Shown here: positions 17,534-27,272 of the stretch, one piece after another
Numbering within the stretch: the stretch's first letter is position 1
How the letters are laid out: every line of letters begins with the position of its first letter
Notes under the pieces: model-generated
Database searches by the model: none
The model's input: only the letters and a program-made list of their open reading frames with translations
Told to the model about the DNA's origin: nothing
Made by a program: the position numbers and the translations under genes
Origin: an uncultured Gaiellales bacterium
Lineage (GTDB): Bacteria > Actinomycetota > Thermoleophilia > RBG-16-64-13
Assembly (NCBI GenBank): GCA_964592075.1
Contig: CAZQDY010000006.1
Span: 3,942 to 67,941 of the forward strand
Length of the DNA stretch: 64,000 nucleotides
Direction: 5' to 3'

Positions 17534-18171
17534 TCCGTCTTCCGGATGATGACTGAGAGCAAGAACGGAGGTTCGTTCTTCACCTCGTAGGACTTGAGGC
17601 TCAGCCCGTCGAGCAGTTCCCGGATCTCCCTATCCACGTACGCCCCCCGGATGGACTCGAAGAACCCTTTTTGCACGGGGATCCAGTAGACCCACCACAC
17701 CCGCCTCAGATCGTAGAGGTACAACACGCCGTTCTCGGTGAGGCTGTCCAGGAGATTGCGGATCACCCTCGCGGGCGCCTCCCAGTGATGAAGAGAGAAC
17801 GTGCTGTAGATCAGGTCGAACTTCCCCAGAGCCTCGATGGTGCCCTCATCCGTCGCGTCGCCCAGCACGAAGGTGATGCGGTCCTGGAGTCCCTGGCTCT
17901 CCACATATTCCTCGCCGACGTGGATCATAGCGGGGAACAGCTCCAGAGCGGTGATCTGCGCAGCGGGGTGATCCCTTGCCACCGCGACCGCGGGAGTCCC
18001 CGTCCCCGCGCCGACATCGAGGTATCTACCCTTGATGTCGAGCGCCCTGAGCTTCTCCAGGAACGTCTCGTACCTCAGCCGGCTCTTCTGGGCGTGCCCG
18101 GCGTACTTCCTGGCCGCCTCCACACTCGCGAAGCTCTCGTCCTGGTGGTTCGAGACACTCCTCCCGGACAT
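17530..18171 (-). CDS. class I SAM-dependent methyltransferase
   Basis: Motif I LDVGAGTGTPAVAVA; motif II FDLIYSTFSLHHW; 213 aa. Confidence 0.8.
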   Translation of the reverse strand: MSGRSVSNHQDESFASVEAARKYAGHAQKSRLRYETFLEKLRALDIKGRYLDVGAGTGTPAVAVARDHPAAQITALELFPAMIHVGEEYVESQGLQDRITFVLGDATDEGTIEALGKFDLIYSTFSLHHWEAPARVIRNLLDSLTENGVLYLYDLRRVWWVYWIPVQKGFFESIRGAYVDREIRELLDGLSLKSYEVKNEPPFLLSVIIRKTE

Positions 18172-18338
18172 CGCTGGCCTCCGTTCACACAGTGCAGGTC
18201 GAAGAACTCCCGCACGACGGGGAACACCCGGTCGATCTCGGAGAACTCCTGGGGATGATCGAGCCCTTCGATCACCTCGAACCGCGCGCCGGCCGCATCC
18301 ACTACCCCCCTTGTCTTGTCGCGGACCGCTCCGGGCGG

Positions 18339-19184
18339 CTACCGCCAGTGCCAGTCGCGGTTGCCCTTGAGCACGTTGGCGTTCATCTCGTTGCTCAGGT
18401 GCACCAGCCAGGCCAGCGGGAAGCGCTCGGCCATGGCGCAGTAGAAGCCGCCCACCGTGTCATGCCTGGCCAGCTCCTCCTCGGTCGCCGCCAGGTAGGC
18501 CTTGGTGAACGCGCACGAGCTCTTGTCGAACTGCATGCCGGGCCGCTGGTGCCCGGGGATGATCACGTCGGCATCCATCTGCTCGATCTTCTCGACCGCG
18601 GCATACCACTCCTTGCGCTCCTCCGCGGTGATCTCGCAGGTGAAGGGATGCGCTTGGTTGAAGAGGACGTCACTGGCATAGAGGGTCTTGATCGATGGGA
18701 TCCACACCATCGTGTTGTATCTCATGTCGCCCATGACCTCGGTGATGATCTCCAGGCGCTGTCCTTCGAGCTCGAAGTGTTTCTCCTTGAGAGCCTCGAT
18801 CTTCACCTCCTTGCGGCACACGTTGTGGGCTCCGATGGTGCTCTCCCAGATCTCGATCTTCCCGAAGAACTGATCGTTGATCACGTCGGCCTCGGACGGG
18901 ATGGCGACCACTCGAGCCTTGGGGAAGGCGGCGGCGATCTCGCCGGCTCCGAAGTAGTGATCGGGGTGGGCGTGAGTGAGGTAGATGGTCGTCAGATTCT
19001 TGCCGGTGTCGATGATCTCGGTGATCACCCGATGGGCGTTCGCCAGCGTCCACTGCGCGTCGATGAGCACCGCGTCCTTCTCGCCCATCACGATGACCGA
19101 GGCGACAGCGAACCCCTCGTCGTCGCAGAAGAAGGTCTTGGTCGACAGTGGGCTGTTGGCGTTGGCGTTGAGTCTGATCTCCAT
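18339..19184 (-). CDS. MBL-fold metallo-hydrolase
   Basis: HxHxDH motif LTHAHPDHYFGAG; 281 aa. Confidence 0.8.
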   Translation of the reverse strand: MEIRLNANANSPLSTKTFFCDDEGFAVASVIVMGEKDAVLIDAQWTLANAHRVITEIIDTGKNLTTIYLTHAHPDHYFGAGEIAAAFPKARVVAIPSEADVINDQFFGKIEIWESTIGAHNVCRKEVKIEALKEKHFELEGQRLEIITEVMGDMRYNTMVWIPSIKTLYASDVLFNQAHPFTCEITAEERKEWYAAVEKIEQMDADVIIPGHQRPGMQFDKSSCAFTKAYLAATEEELARHDTVGGFYCAMAERFPLAWLVHLSNEMNANVLKGNRDWHWR

Positions 19185-19235
19185 TCGAAATGCCCTCCGG
19201 TGTTCGATCTGTTGCCTACAAAGGGGTTTTGGCTT

Positions 19236-19577
19236 CTACCCCTGCTCTTCCTTCTCCACGATGGTCGCGAGCCACCATCTCTGCTTGACGTCCTTCACCC
19301 GGGGTTGCCGGTCAAAGTAGATCTCCATCTCCGCGCCGTCGGTGAGCTCCACTCTGAACCAGTGCCTGCGTACGTACTGTTCACCGCTCCCGTGCCGGCA
19401 AGGACCCGTCGTCTTCCGCTTGTCGAGGACCCTGACCACCTGGTATTCGGCGCCGCGCCAGGCGAACCGCATCGGTAGCCCCGGCTCTCCAGTGTACATG
19501 GACGCCGTCTCGAACGAGGTCTCGATGGGGGTGATGGGTTCGGATATGAACTGCTTGTGCGGCACGCCGGTCTCCAC
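19236..19577 (-). CDS. hypothetical protein
   Basis: 113-aa ORF wedged between RraB-like and MBL genes on the same strand (METGVPHKQFISEPITP…RRHWFRVELTDGAEMEIYFDRQP…); no family recognised. Confidence 0.45.
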   Translation of the reverse strand: METGVPHKQFISEPITPIETSFETASMYTGEPGLPMRFAWRGAEYQVVRVLDKRKTTGPCRHGSGEQYVRRHWFRVELTDGAEMEIYFDRQPRVKDVKQRWWLATIVEKEEQG

Positions 19578-19583
19578 GGTCGG

Positions 19584-19982
19584 TCACTGTGTGGGGGACG
19601 TGCCCCAACCATCGAACTCGCAGTCGTACTTGCGGCCCAGCGTGCACATCTTGCGAACCCATGCCGTCACTGCGCCTTCCCCCATGGGTAGCGGCCTGGT
19701 CCAGCCGGTGACCAGGAACTGCTCCTTCCTCGTCGACGACGGCCTCCGCTCGACCTCATAGCCGAGCTCCGCCAGCTCGCAGGAGAGAGCAGACGCCTTG
19801 GACACCGTGTCGGTGTAGAAGAAGTACTCCACCTTCAAGAGATCCTCGTCGGACACGCCGAAACCGACCAGCTTCTCCAGCGTCGCGGGCACCATCGCTA
19901 CCTGTCGGGCCACGGCGCTGCGGTACGCCTCCTCGCTCCAGAAGCGCTTCGACCGCCGGCCGAACAGATCCAGCAAACCCAC
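19584..19982 (-). CDS. rraB: RraB-family protein (regulator of ribonuclease activity B-like)
   Basis: 132 aa; …LKVEYFFYTDTVSKASALSCELAELGYEVER…EQFLVTGWT… resembles the RraB/YjgD fold. Confidence 0.55.
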   Translation of the reverse strand: MGLLDLFGRRSKRFWSEEAYRSAVARQVAMVPATLEKLVGFGVSDEDLLKVEYFFYTDTVSKASALSCELAELGYEVERRPSSTRKEQFLVTGWTRPLPMGEGAVTAWVRKMCTLGRKYDCEFDGWGTSPTQ

Positions 19983-20091
19983 CCGCTGCGTCCCCTTTCC
20001 TGCGAGATCCTCCGCACCTCGACCATTGTATCGGGATTGCGCAGACTGCGTGGACGGCCGCGGTGGCAGGCCAGGGTTCCCCGCCCGTAGG

Positions 20092-20808
20092 TCAGCCGGC
20101 CAACCCGAGCAGCAGACCGGTGAGCTCCCGCGGCTTGGTGATCATCGCGCCGTGACCGGTCGCCAGTTCCAGATACCGCCAAGACTCATCGTCACGGGCA
20201 CGTTCGGCGAACTGGGCGAAAGGCGGGTCCGCCGGATCGGTGCATCGTACAAAGGTGCGTGGTATGTCGGCCCCGCGCTGATCGGCGAGACGCACCGGGT
20301 CGAGTTTGGTCTTGAGAGGGTGGGGGTCCATACGCGGCCGCACCCAAGCCAGATCGGCCTCGTCCGTGATCCCGAAGGCCTCCGGGGGTATCAGGGCCGG
20401 CAGCCTGTAGCCCTCGCCCTCTGTGCGGGTCTTCTCCATGAACAGCTCACGGATCTGCGGCGGCTGATAGTCCATCAGCGCTTTGCCGTCCTCCGGCACG
20501 AAGGCGTCCAGGTAGACGAGTTCCGCTATGCGGTCGGGCGCCCTGTAGGCCACACCCGTCACCACCATCCCCGAGTAGCTGTGGCCCACCAGGATCACAT
20601 CGTGCAGGTCCTCGTAGGCCAGGACTCCAAGGACGTCCTGGATGTGGGTCTCGAGCCCGATATCCGGGCTCATGAGGTGCCTGCGTTCCCCGAGGCCGGT
20701 GAGGGTCGGGGTGAAGACCTCGTGGCCGGCAGCCCTCAGCAGGCGAGCCACGCGCTTCCAGCACCAGCCGCCGTGCCACGCTCCGTGGACGAGTACGTAG
20801 TCAGCCAT
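20092..20808 (-). CDS. alpha/beta hydrolase (methylesterase/SABP2-like)
   Basis: MADYVLVHGAWHGGWCWKRV…; nucleophile elbow GHSYSG; 238 aa. Confidence 0.8.
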   Translation of the reverse strand: MADYVLVHGAWHGGWCWKRVARLLRAAGHEVFTPTLTGLGERRHLMSPDIGLETHIQDVLGVLAYEDLHDVILVGHSYSGMVVTGVAYRAPDRIAELVYLDAFVPEDGKALMDYQPPQIRELFMEKTRTEGEGYRLPALIPPEAFGITDEADLAWVRPRMDPHPLKTKLDPVRLADQRGADIPRTFVRCTDPADPPFAQFAERARDDESWRYLELATGHGAMITKPRELTGLLLGLAG

Positions 20809-20870
20809 GGCATCCTCCCTGCTATGGCGCCGGTCGTAGCGCCGGTCGAGGCGCCGGCCCAGGCGTTTGC

Positions 20871-21500
20871 TCAGGCCTCAGATTCTCCCACGGAACGTCT
20901 GATCTTCTCCAGCACCTCGTCGACGGTCAGCACTTGGGCGAACAGGTGCCCCAGCGTCGCGAGCGTCGTCTTCTGGACCTCAACCGGGGTTAGATCGCCC
21001 ATCGGCGGCGCCGCGGTGCCGTCGCTCAAGAAGAAGACGTGGAAGTCGCGGGCCATGGCCTCGCGGGCCGTGGTGTCACAGCAGATGTTGGTGGCGATTC
21101 CGGAGATGATGATGGTGTCGATGCGCCGGCCACGCAGGATGAGCTCCAGGTCGGTGCCGTGGAAGGCGCCCATCCGGGGCTTGTCGAGGAGGATGTCGTT
21201 ATCCGCGACCACCAGGTCAGGGTGAAGGGCGGCCGACTCGGCGCCCTTGTTAAGGATGCCGCCCCGGGTGGCGTCAGAAGTCTCGGCGACGATGCCCATG
21301 TTCGACCCGTCGGGGCGGAAGACCAGGGCGGTGTGGATCACCAGGATCCCGGCCGCGCGGCACGCCGCGGCCAGCAGGTTGACGCGCTCCAGGATGACGG
21401 GCCCGTCGGGGGCCGAGATAGGCGACGGGTCCACGAAGCAATTCTGCAGGTCGATGTTGACGAGGGCCGTACGGCTGGGAACAAGGGCGAAATCAACCAT
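20871..21500 (-). CDS. isochorismatase-family cysteine hydrolase
   Basis: …ALVNIDLQNCFVD…; catalytic Cys region IISGIATNICCDTTAREA. Confidence 0.8.
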   Translation of the reverse strand: MVDFALVPSRTALVNIDLQNCFVDPSPISAPDGPVILERVNLLAAACRAAGILVIHTALVFRPDGSNMGIVAETSDATRGGILNKGAESAALHPDLVVADNDILLDKPRMGAFHGTDLELILRGRRIDTIIISGIATNICCDTTAREAMARDFHVFFLSDGTAAPPMGDLTPVEVQKTTLATLGHLFAQVLTVDEVLEKIRRSVGESEA

Positions 21501-22044
21501 CGTTCGTCTCCTCTCCGGGAGAAACGGCGCCCGAAGGAGCCGCCGATCTGTCCGTCACGCCTGACGCTCCCCGCCCGGGCTTCTCCAAGAAGACGATGCG
21601 GACCGCAGAAGTCTGTTGCTCGGTGCGTGTGACGACGTAACCATGCCGCCGGTAGAGACGGATGGTCGCCTCGCTCTCACTACCGGTGAACAGCTCCAGC
21701 TTATCCGCCTCCGGGAACCTCTCCTCTATGGCGGAGAGGAGCCGCGACCCGATGCCCTGCCGCTGGAAGTCCGGATGGACGATCAGCCGGCCCACTTGGC
21801 AGACGCCGTCGACCAGGCGGGCACGCACGGAGCCGACTATGCGGTCGTCCACAGAGGCCTTCAGCACCAGCTTCGTCACCAGGTCCTCCCGCATGCCCTC
21901 GAGGGTCTGGGTCAGCGGCGGGATTGACCAGTCGTCATAGAACCTGGCCTCGGACTCATAGGCGAGCTTCTGAAGCGCGAGAATCTCTTCAGCGTCCTCG
22001 GCCGAGGCGGCAGAGAGCGCCGGGGCCGCGATGTGTCTGATCAC
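21493..22044 (-). CDS. GNAT family N-acetyltransferase
   Basis: …[25 protein letters not shown]…; GTG start (VIRHIAAP…) overlapping the upstream gene stop by 4 nt. Confidence 0.65.
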   Translation of the reverse strand: MIRHIAAPALSAASAEDAEEILALQKLAYESEARFYDDWSIPPLTQTLEGMREDLVTKLVLKASVDDRIVGSVRARLVDGVCQVGRLIVHPDFQRQGIGSRLLSAIEERFPEADKLELFTGSESEATIRLYRRHGYVVTRTEQQTSAVRIVFLEKPGRGASGVTDRSAAPSGAVSPGEETNDG

Positions 22045-22751
22045 GTCCTCTCCCGTCCGTGCGGGCACGCATACACGCACAACCCGCACACGTCCGAACC
22101 ACGCTTCTCTGCGCTCATCTCGCGGAAGTACCTGTCGCACGCGGCCGCATCGTAGCGCACCTCCCTCGGTTCGTCTGCGCGGAAAGGCTCTCCCGTCAAC
22201 GCGCCGATGGGGCAGATGTCGACACACTCCCGACAGGCGCCGCAACCGTCAGCCAGCGACGCCCCGGTGGGCTCCAGCGGAGCGTCGGTCAACACGGTCA
22301 CCCAGCGCAGCCGCGGCCCCATCTGCGGTGTGACCAGCAGGCAGCTCCTGCCTATCCAGCCCAGGCCGGCCAGATGGGCCGCCAGCTTATGGGAGAAGAC
22401 CCCACAGATCCGCTCGCTGTCGACACGCTCCGAAGCCGGCACAGGAAGCGCCGGGAAACCCTGCTGCTGCAAGAGGGTCGTCACTTGCGAAGCGACCAGG
22501 TCAAGCCGGCGGTTGACGGTGTCGTACTGATGCCGGTAGGCGACCTTGACCGCCCAATCCTGACGCCTCGGCAACTGGTCGACGACGGCATGGGGCAAGG
22601 CGATGCCCATGACGAACGCCCGCGGATATCCGGCGACGGCCTCCCCGCCCTGCTCGACGATGAACTCCGCGGCCGGTCCCAGGTCCGCGACGCCCCAGAG
22701 GTCGACCCCCCACAGACCCGCGACCCGGCCTACCGTTTCATCGAGTCCCAC
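22041..22751 (-). CDS. QueG-like 4Fe-4S double-cluster protein (epoxyqueuosine-reductase/reductive-dehalogenase-related, short form)
   Basis: C-terminal [12 protein letters not shown] and CGLCVYACP ferredoxin motifs; 236 aa; no B12-binding region obvious. Confidence 0.55.
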   Translation of the reverse strand: MGLDETVGRVAGLWGVDLWGVADLGPAAEFIVEQGGEAVAGYPRAFVMGIALPHAVVDQLPRRQDWAVKVAYRHQYDTVNRRLDLVASQVTTLLQQQGFPALPVPASERVDSERICGVFSHKLAAHLAGLGWIGRSCLLVTPQMGPRLRWVTVLTDAPLEPTGASLADGCGACRECVDICPIGALTGEPFRADEPREVRYDAAACDRYFREMSAEKRGSDVCGLCVYACPHGRERT

Positions 22752-22778
22752 GCGGCGGCTCCTGTCAGGGATCCCGCG

Positions 22779-23216
22779 CTAATCCTGGAGCAACCCGAAC
22801 ACCTTCCAGAGCCCACGGTGGAAGGCGTGCACCGACTTCACGGGTTGCGCGTACATCAGCACACAGGCCTTGCTGATCACCGGCACGCCCTTCGATTCGG
22901 CCAGGGCGATGGCCTCTTTGGATTCGCACCCGCTCTGCAGCCACAGGCGGGGGATCCCGGCGTCGATGGCTTCCTTGACGGCTTCCTCGCAACGGGCTTT
23001 GGGCACGGCGATGATGGCGCCCTCCACCTTGTCCTTGACGTCGGCTAGGGTGGGATCCGACGGCCCCGCGCTCAAGTACGCGATCGACACGTCATAGCCC
23101 TTGGGCTTCAACTCCTCGTCCATCTTGGCGCCCATGACCGGGCTCTGAGCCGAAAGACGGATCAAAGCGAGGTTCTTATGGCTTAAGAATTCCTCAGTGG
23201 TGATCGCAGCCGCCAT
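22779..23216 (-). CDS. CoA-binding domain protein (YccU-like)
   Basis: Start MAAAITTEEFLSHKNLALIR…; …GAIIAVPKARCEEAVKEAIDAGIPRLWLQSG… typical of CoA_binding_2 proteins; the long upstream ORF extension is a frame artefact. Confidence 0.7.
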   Translation of the reverse strand: MAAAITTEEFLSHKNLALIRLSAQSPVMGAKMDEELKPKGYDVSIAYLSAGPSDPTLADVKDKVEGAIIAVPKARCEEAVKEAIDAGIPRLWLQSGCESKEAIALAESKGVPVISKACVLMYAQPVKSVHAFHRGLWKVFGLLQD

Positions 23217-23359
23217 GGCAAAGAGGCTCCTTTCGGATTGGCTGGTGGAACAAGGGCCCCGGCCCCCGCGCAGACTGTATCTGTCTCTCCGCTGCCAGTC
23301 AAGCACCGGGCCCGGCCTCCCGACCGTCGGTCGACCGCCGCAGTCCGACGGACACCGCT

Positions 23360-24796
23360 CTAGTGATACACGTCCACCGACATCCCGATGCGGAGCTGCG
23401 AATACACCCACGGGGCGATCCAGTTCGGGGTCCTCACGCAACCATGGCTGGCGGGCCACGGGGGCACGCTCGACGATCCGTGGATGGCTATGTGCGGATA
23501 GAAGTAGCAGGGATAGAACATCCAGCCGACCGAGCACTCCTGCCAGCCCGTCTGCATGAGCCACACCCTGCCGTGCCCGGGCGGGGTGCCCGCCTTGCCG
23601 GTGGAACAGTGGATGATCTCGGTCACCGCGTTCTCCCTCACCACGAAGACCACCTGCCGGGTGAGGTCGACCTCCAGCCGCGCACCCGGCGCGGAGAGGC
23701 GGGGAGTGGGCGTCTGAGCCACGAAGAGACGCTGCCAGACCCCGGCGCCGGCGATACCGTCCCGGGGCAGCCGCTCCACCTTCTCGAACGCCATGACGGC
23801 GTCCCGGGTGCGGTCGTCGTAGACCCCGTCCACGTCGCCGCACGGGTAGCGGAGGGCGGTCAGGCGCGACTCGAGGAAGGCCACGAGCATCCCGCGGGAA
23901 CCCTTGGACTGAGTCGGATAGGCCGACTCGGCGGGCACCGCCGCAGGATAGCCGTCGCGAGGCATGATGGGCTGCAGGAAGGCCCGGTAGAGCATCGCCG
24001 CCATCTGGGCCCGGGTGAGGTTGAGCCCGGGGTACAGCCAGCCGTCCTCTGCACCCTCGATTATGCCCAGACGGTACGCGCCGGCCACCGATGCCACGTG
24101 CGCAGGAGCGATCAGCAGACGGTCGCGGAAGCCCGCCAGCCAGGCAGAGACCTCATCCTCGGCCGGTCTCAGGCCCGCATCTGGTCGAGGCTCCTCTGCC
24201 AGGTAAGCCTCCAGGGCGCGGACTATCAGACTGGCGGCCTGCTGCCGGGTCACCGGGACCTCGGGGGAGAACGCCGTCGGCGTGGTCCCAGACACCAGTC
24301 CCGCCCCGTAGAGCGCCGCCACCGGTTCGTAATACCAGCTGTCATGCGCGACGTCCGCGAAGGGTGTGGAAGCCGGCCCACCCTGCAGACCCAGAGCCCG
24401 CGTCAAGAAGGCGGCCATCTGAGCCCGGGTGATGGGGTCGTTGGGACCGAAGGAGCCGTCATCGTGGCCTTTGATGATCCCCTCAGCCACGAGCGCGCCG
24501 ACCGCCTCCGCGAACCACTCGTCGCCGGCTATGTCGGTGAACGCGGGAGGCGGCACGGCGTCCGCCTGCGCGACCGAGACCGCCCCGGGGAGCAGGCAGC
24601 CGGCGATGACAGCCCCCACGAGGAGAGCGCCCCGGAGCCGTGACCGGCCCCTCGCCCCTGGCCCGCACCCCGTTGGCGACCCGCACCCCATCCTCGACCC
24701 GTACCCCGTTGGCGACCCGCACCCCATCCTCGACCCGCGCTCCATGCTCGACCCCCGGACAGTCTGGTTGAGAGTGTCTGTGATGTCCGCGCCCAT
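23360..24796 (-). CDS. cell-wall protein: three SLH domains plus C-terminal L,D-transpeptidase (YkuD) domain
   Basis: Repeated FxDV…W…AV/Gly-rich SLH modules; catalytic HGSSSVPPWPASHGCVRTPNWIAPWVY; signal peptide RGRSRLRGALLVGAVIAGCLLPGAVSVAQA; true start probably near 24718, within the tandem repeat. Confidence 0.85.
   Translation of the reverse strand: MGADITDTLNQTVRGSSMERGSRMGCGSPTGYGSRMGCGSPTGCGPGARGRSRLRGALLVGAVIAGCLLPGAVSVAQADAVPPPAFTDIAGDEWFAEAVGALVAEGIIKGHDDGSFGPNDPITRAQMAAFLTRALGLQGGPASTPFADVAHDSWYYEPVAALYGAGLVSGTTPTAFSPEVPVTRQQAASLIVRALEAYLAEEPRPDAGLRPAEDEVSAWLAGFRDRLLIAPAHVASVAGAYRLGIIEGAEDGWLYPGLNLTRAQMAAMLYRAFLQPIMPRDGYPAAVPAESAYPTQSKGSRGMLVAFLESRLTALRYPCGDVDGVYDDRTRDAVMAFEKVERLPRDGIAGAGVWQRLFVAQTPTPRLSAPGARLEVDLTRQVVFVVRENAVTEIIHCSTGKAGTPPGHGRVWLMQTGWQECSVGWMFYPCYFYPHIAIHGSSSVPPWPASHGCVRTPNWIAPWVYSQLRIGMSVDVYH
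24668..24755. repeat. tandem direct repeat, 36-bp unit x2 plus a partial third copy, at the 5' end of the SLH/LDT gene
   Basis: ccccgttggcgacccgcaccccatcctcgacccgta repeated at 24668-24703 and 24704-24739, followed by a degenerate partial unit; encodes GSRMGCGSPTGY/GSRMGCGSPTGC. Confidence 0.7.
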
Positions 24797-24929
24797 CGTA
24801 CCTCACGCTTTCTCGCGCCGCCCTCGGCGCTGCGCCGTGCGCCGCGCATATTCCTTCCCTGGTCCGGGTATTGATGCACCGATGTCAACGACCCGGGCGG
24901 TGCGGACCCGGTCGGATACGAAAGGTGAC

Positions 24930-25187
24930 ATGATGGATCAACCCAAGGTGTTCGTGTACGCTCTCAGTACCTGCGGTCACTGCAGGAACGCCAAGAAGCT
25001 GCTCGACGAGAACAATATCGAGTACGATTCCGTGGACGTCGACCTCCTGCCCAAGGACGAGCTCAAGACCACGCTCGACGACGTGCGCAAGGTCAATCCG
25101 CAGGCGGCCTTCCCCACCATACTGATCGGCGACAAAGTCATAGTCGGCTATCGTGAACTCGAGATCCTGGAGGCCCTGGGACTATGA
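24930..25187 (+). CDS. glutaredoxin-like protein (CxxC thioredoxin fold)
   Basis: MMDQPKVFVYALSTCGHCRNAKKLLDENNIEYDSVDVD… (85 aa). Confidence 0.8.
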   Translation: MMDQPKVFVYALSTCGHCRNAKKLLDENNIEYDSVDVDLLPKDELKTTLDDVRKVNPQAAFPTILIGDKVIVGYRELEILEALGL

Positions 25188-25546
25188 GCGACATCGACGA
25201 GCTCTACGAGCGGCTCAAGAGGGTGAACGAGCCTAAGGGCTACTACTTCAGCAAGAACGAGACTCTCGTCAAGCAGCTGATCGCGGGCCTGCTCACCAAC
25301 AAGGAGCGCTACGGGTACATGTGCTGCCCCTGCCGTCTCGCTTCGGGGAACCGCGAGAACGACAAGGACATCATCTGCCCTTGCGACTACCGCGAAGCCG
25401 ACGTCAAGGAGTACGGCAGCTGCTACTGCAACCTGTACGTCTCGAAGGAGTGGAACGAGGGGACCGTCGAGAACGTGCCGGTGCCCGAGCGCCGGCCCGA
25501 GGAGAAGGTCGCCTGGATGAAGAGCTGGCCGGGATTCGACGCGTAG
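25184..25546 (+). CDS. ferredoxin:thioredoxin reductase catalytic (beta) subunit-like protein
   Basis: FTR-C Cys pattern CCPCRL…CPCDY…CYCNLY; ATGA overlap with the glutaredoxin gene. Confidence 0.75.
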   Translation: MSDIDELYERLKRVNEPKGYYFSKNETLVKQLIAGLLTNKERYGYMCCPCRLASGNRENDKDIICPCDYREADVKEYGSCYCNLYVSKEWNEGTVENVPVPERRPEEKVAWMKSWPGFDA

Positions 25547-25621
25547 CCCACAAGGGGCCGCCGTCCCGTCATACGCCCCGTCCGGCGTGTGCTAGCCTAG
25601 AAATCCGCCGCAGATCAAGAC

Positions 25622-25640
25622 GGCGCGCCACAGGCGCGCC
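25622..25640 (+). terminator. perfect GC hairpin GGCGCGCC-aca-GGCGCGCC between the grx/ftr pair and serA
   Basis: 8-bp self-complementary stems; no U-tract; could be a terminator or a translational/regulatory structure abutting the serA start. Confidence 0.35.
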
Positions 25641-27272
25641 TTGAACGTTGGAGGACGGTTGGAACTTCTCGAGAACGCCAGGGTCCTCGTAGCCGAGCTG
25701 CTCGACGAGGAGATGGTCGAGCGCTTGAAGGCTGCGTGCCAGGTGGATGTCAAGTACAAGCTCAGCCGGGAGGAGATCCTCGAGATCATCCCCGAGTACG
25801 CGGGTCTCATAGTGCGCAGCGAGACCATCGTGGACAAGGGGCTCCTCGACGCCGCCGTCAATCTCCGCATCGTCGGACGGGCAGGCTCGGGCCTGGACAA
25901 CATCGACATCGCCTACGCCACCCAGAAGGGCGTCATCGTCTGCAACACCCCGGAGAGCAACGTGGTCTCCGCAGCCGAGCACACCATGGGCCTTCTGCTC
26001 GCCAGCAGCCGCAACATCCCCTGGGCCGACCGCTTCATCAAGAGCGGCAAGTGGGGGCGCGCGCAGTTCGAAGGCAGCGAACTCTACGGCAAGACCTTGG
26101 GCATCATCGGGTTGGGGCGGATCGGCGGGCTGGTCTCGCAAAGAGCACGGGGCTTCTCCATGCGGATCGTCGCGTACGACCCCTACATCCCGGACTCACG
26201 CTTCACCAATCTGAACGTCGAGAAGATGGCCACTCTGGAGGAACTGCTCCAGGAGGCCGACTTCATCACCATCCACACTCCCCGGACCAAAGAGACCATG
26301 AACATGATCAGCGATGACCAGATCGCACTCATGAAGCCGGGGGTGCGCCTGGTCAACTGCGCCCGCGGGGGTCTCTACAACGAAGACGCTCTCTATCGCG
26401 GCCTGGCCACCGGTCACGTCGCATCGGTAGGCATCGACACCTGGGCCGAAGAGCCACAGAAGAGCCATCCTCTGTACGAGTTCGACACCGTGGTGGGCAC
26501 GCCGCACCTGGGCGCCTCGACGTTCGAGGCCTCGAAACGCGTGGGCGAGGAGGTCATAGCCGAGGTGCTCGCGGGGCTGCGCGGCGAGATCGTGAGGAAC
26601 GCCGTCAACATGCCCAGCCTGTCGGAGGAGTCCTTTGCCAAGCTGCAGGCCTTCATACGGCTGGCCGAGCAGATGGGCAACCTGTACCGGCAGGTGCGGC
26701 GCAGGAGCGTCAAGAAGGTCGAGATAGTCTTCGCCGGGCAGGAGATCGACGAACCAGAGGACGCCAAGATCCTCTCCCTCGTGGCGCTCAAGGGCATCCT
26801 GGAGGGCAGCATGACGGTCGGCAACGTCAACTTCGTCAACGCCGGACTGCTGGCCGAGCAGATCGGCATCGAGATCAAAGAGACCATCTCGCTCGAACGG
26901 GGCGACTACCGTAACCTCATCCGCTTGATAGTCACCGAGAGCGACGGCGGCGAATTCGTCGTCGCCGGCACCGTGCTCGAGCACAAGCACCCCCGCATCG
27001 TGCAGGTAGGAGACTTCCCGATCGTCTTCATCCCCGAGGGCAAGCTGGCCTACGTTCCTCACAAGAACGTCCCCGGCGTGATCGGCCCGGTCACCACCAC
27101 CATGGGCGAATATGGGGTCAACATCTCCCGGATGGTCACGTCGAGCGGCATCAACAATGCCTTCCACGATTCCATCATGGTCCTCGGGCTCGACAACGAC
27201 GTCCCGCAGGAGGCCATCGACCGCTGCCTCCAGATGGACGAGATCTACGAGATGAGGATCATCGACTTCTGA
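25641..27272 (+). CDS. serA: D-3-phosphoglycerate dehydrogenase with C-terminal ASB/ACT domains
   Basis: GxGxIG NAD motif GIIGLGRIGG; catalytic …VNCARGGL…; ACT domain tail; exact start uncertain (TTG at 25641 or 25659). Confidence 0.9.
   Translation: MNVGGRLELLENARVLVAELLDEEMVERLKAACQVDVKYKLSREEILEIIPEYAGLIVRSETIVDKGLLDAAVNLRIVGRAGSGLDNIDIAYATQKGVIVCNTPESNVVSAAEHTMGLLLASSRNIPWADRFIKSGKWGRAQFEGSELYGKTLGIIGLGRIGGLVSQRARGFSMRIVAYDPYIPDSRFTNLNVEKMATLEELLQEADFITIHTPRTKETMNMISDDQIALMKPGVRLVNCARGGLYNEDALYRGLATGHVASVGIDTWAEEPQKSHPLYEFDTVVGTPHLGASTFEASKRVGEEVIAEVLAGLRGEIVRNAVNMPSLSEESFAKLQAFIRLAEQMGNLYRQVRRRSVKKVEIVFAGQEIDEPEDAKILSLVALKGILEGSMTVGNVNFVNAGLLAEQIGIEIKETISLERGDYRNLIRLIVTESDGGEFVVAGTVLEHKHPRIVQVGDFPIVFIPEGKLAYVPHKNVPGVIGPVTTTMGEYGVNISRMVTSSGINNAFHDSIMVLGLDNDVPQEAIDRCLQMDEIYEMRIIDF

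Noticed and set aside
25641-25660. Exact serA start codon
   Set aside because: Two in-frame TTG codons (25641, 25659) with a short SD spacer; cannot be resolved from sequence alone, so the longer ORF coordinate was kept.
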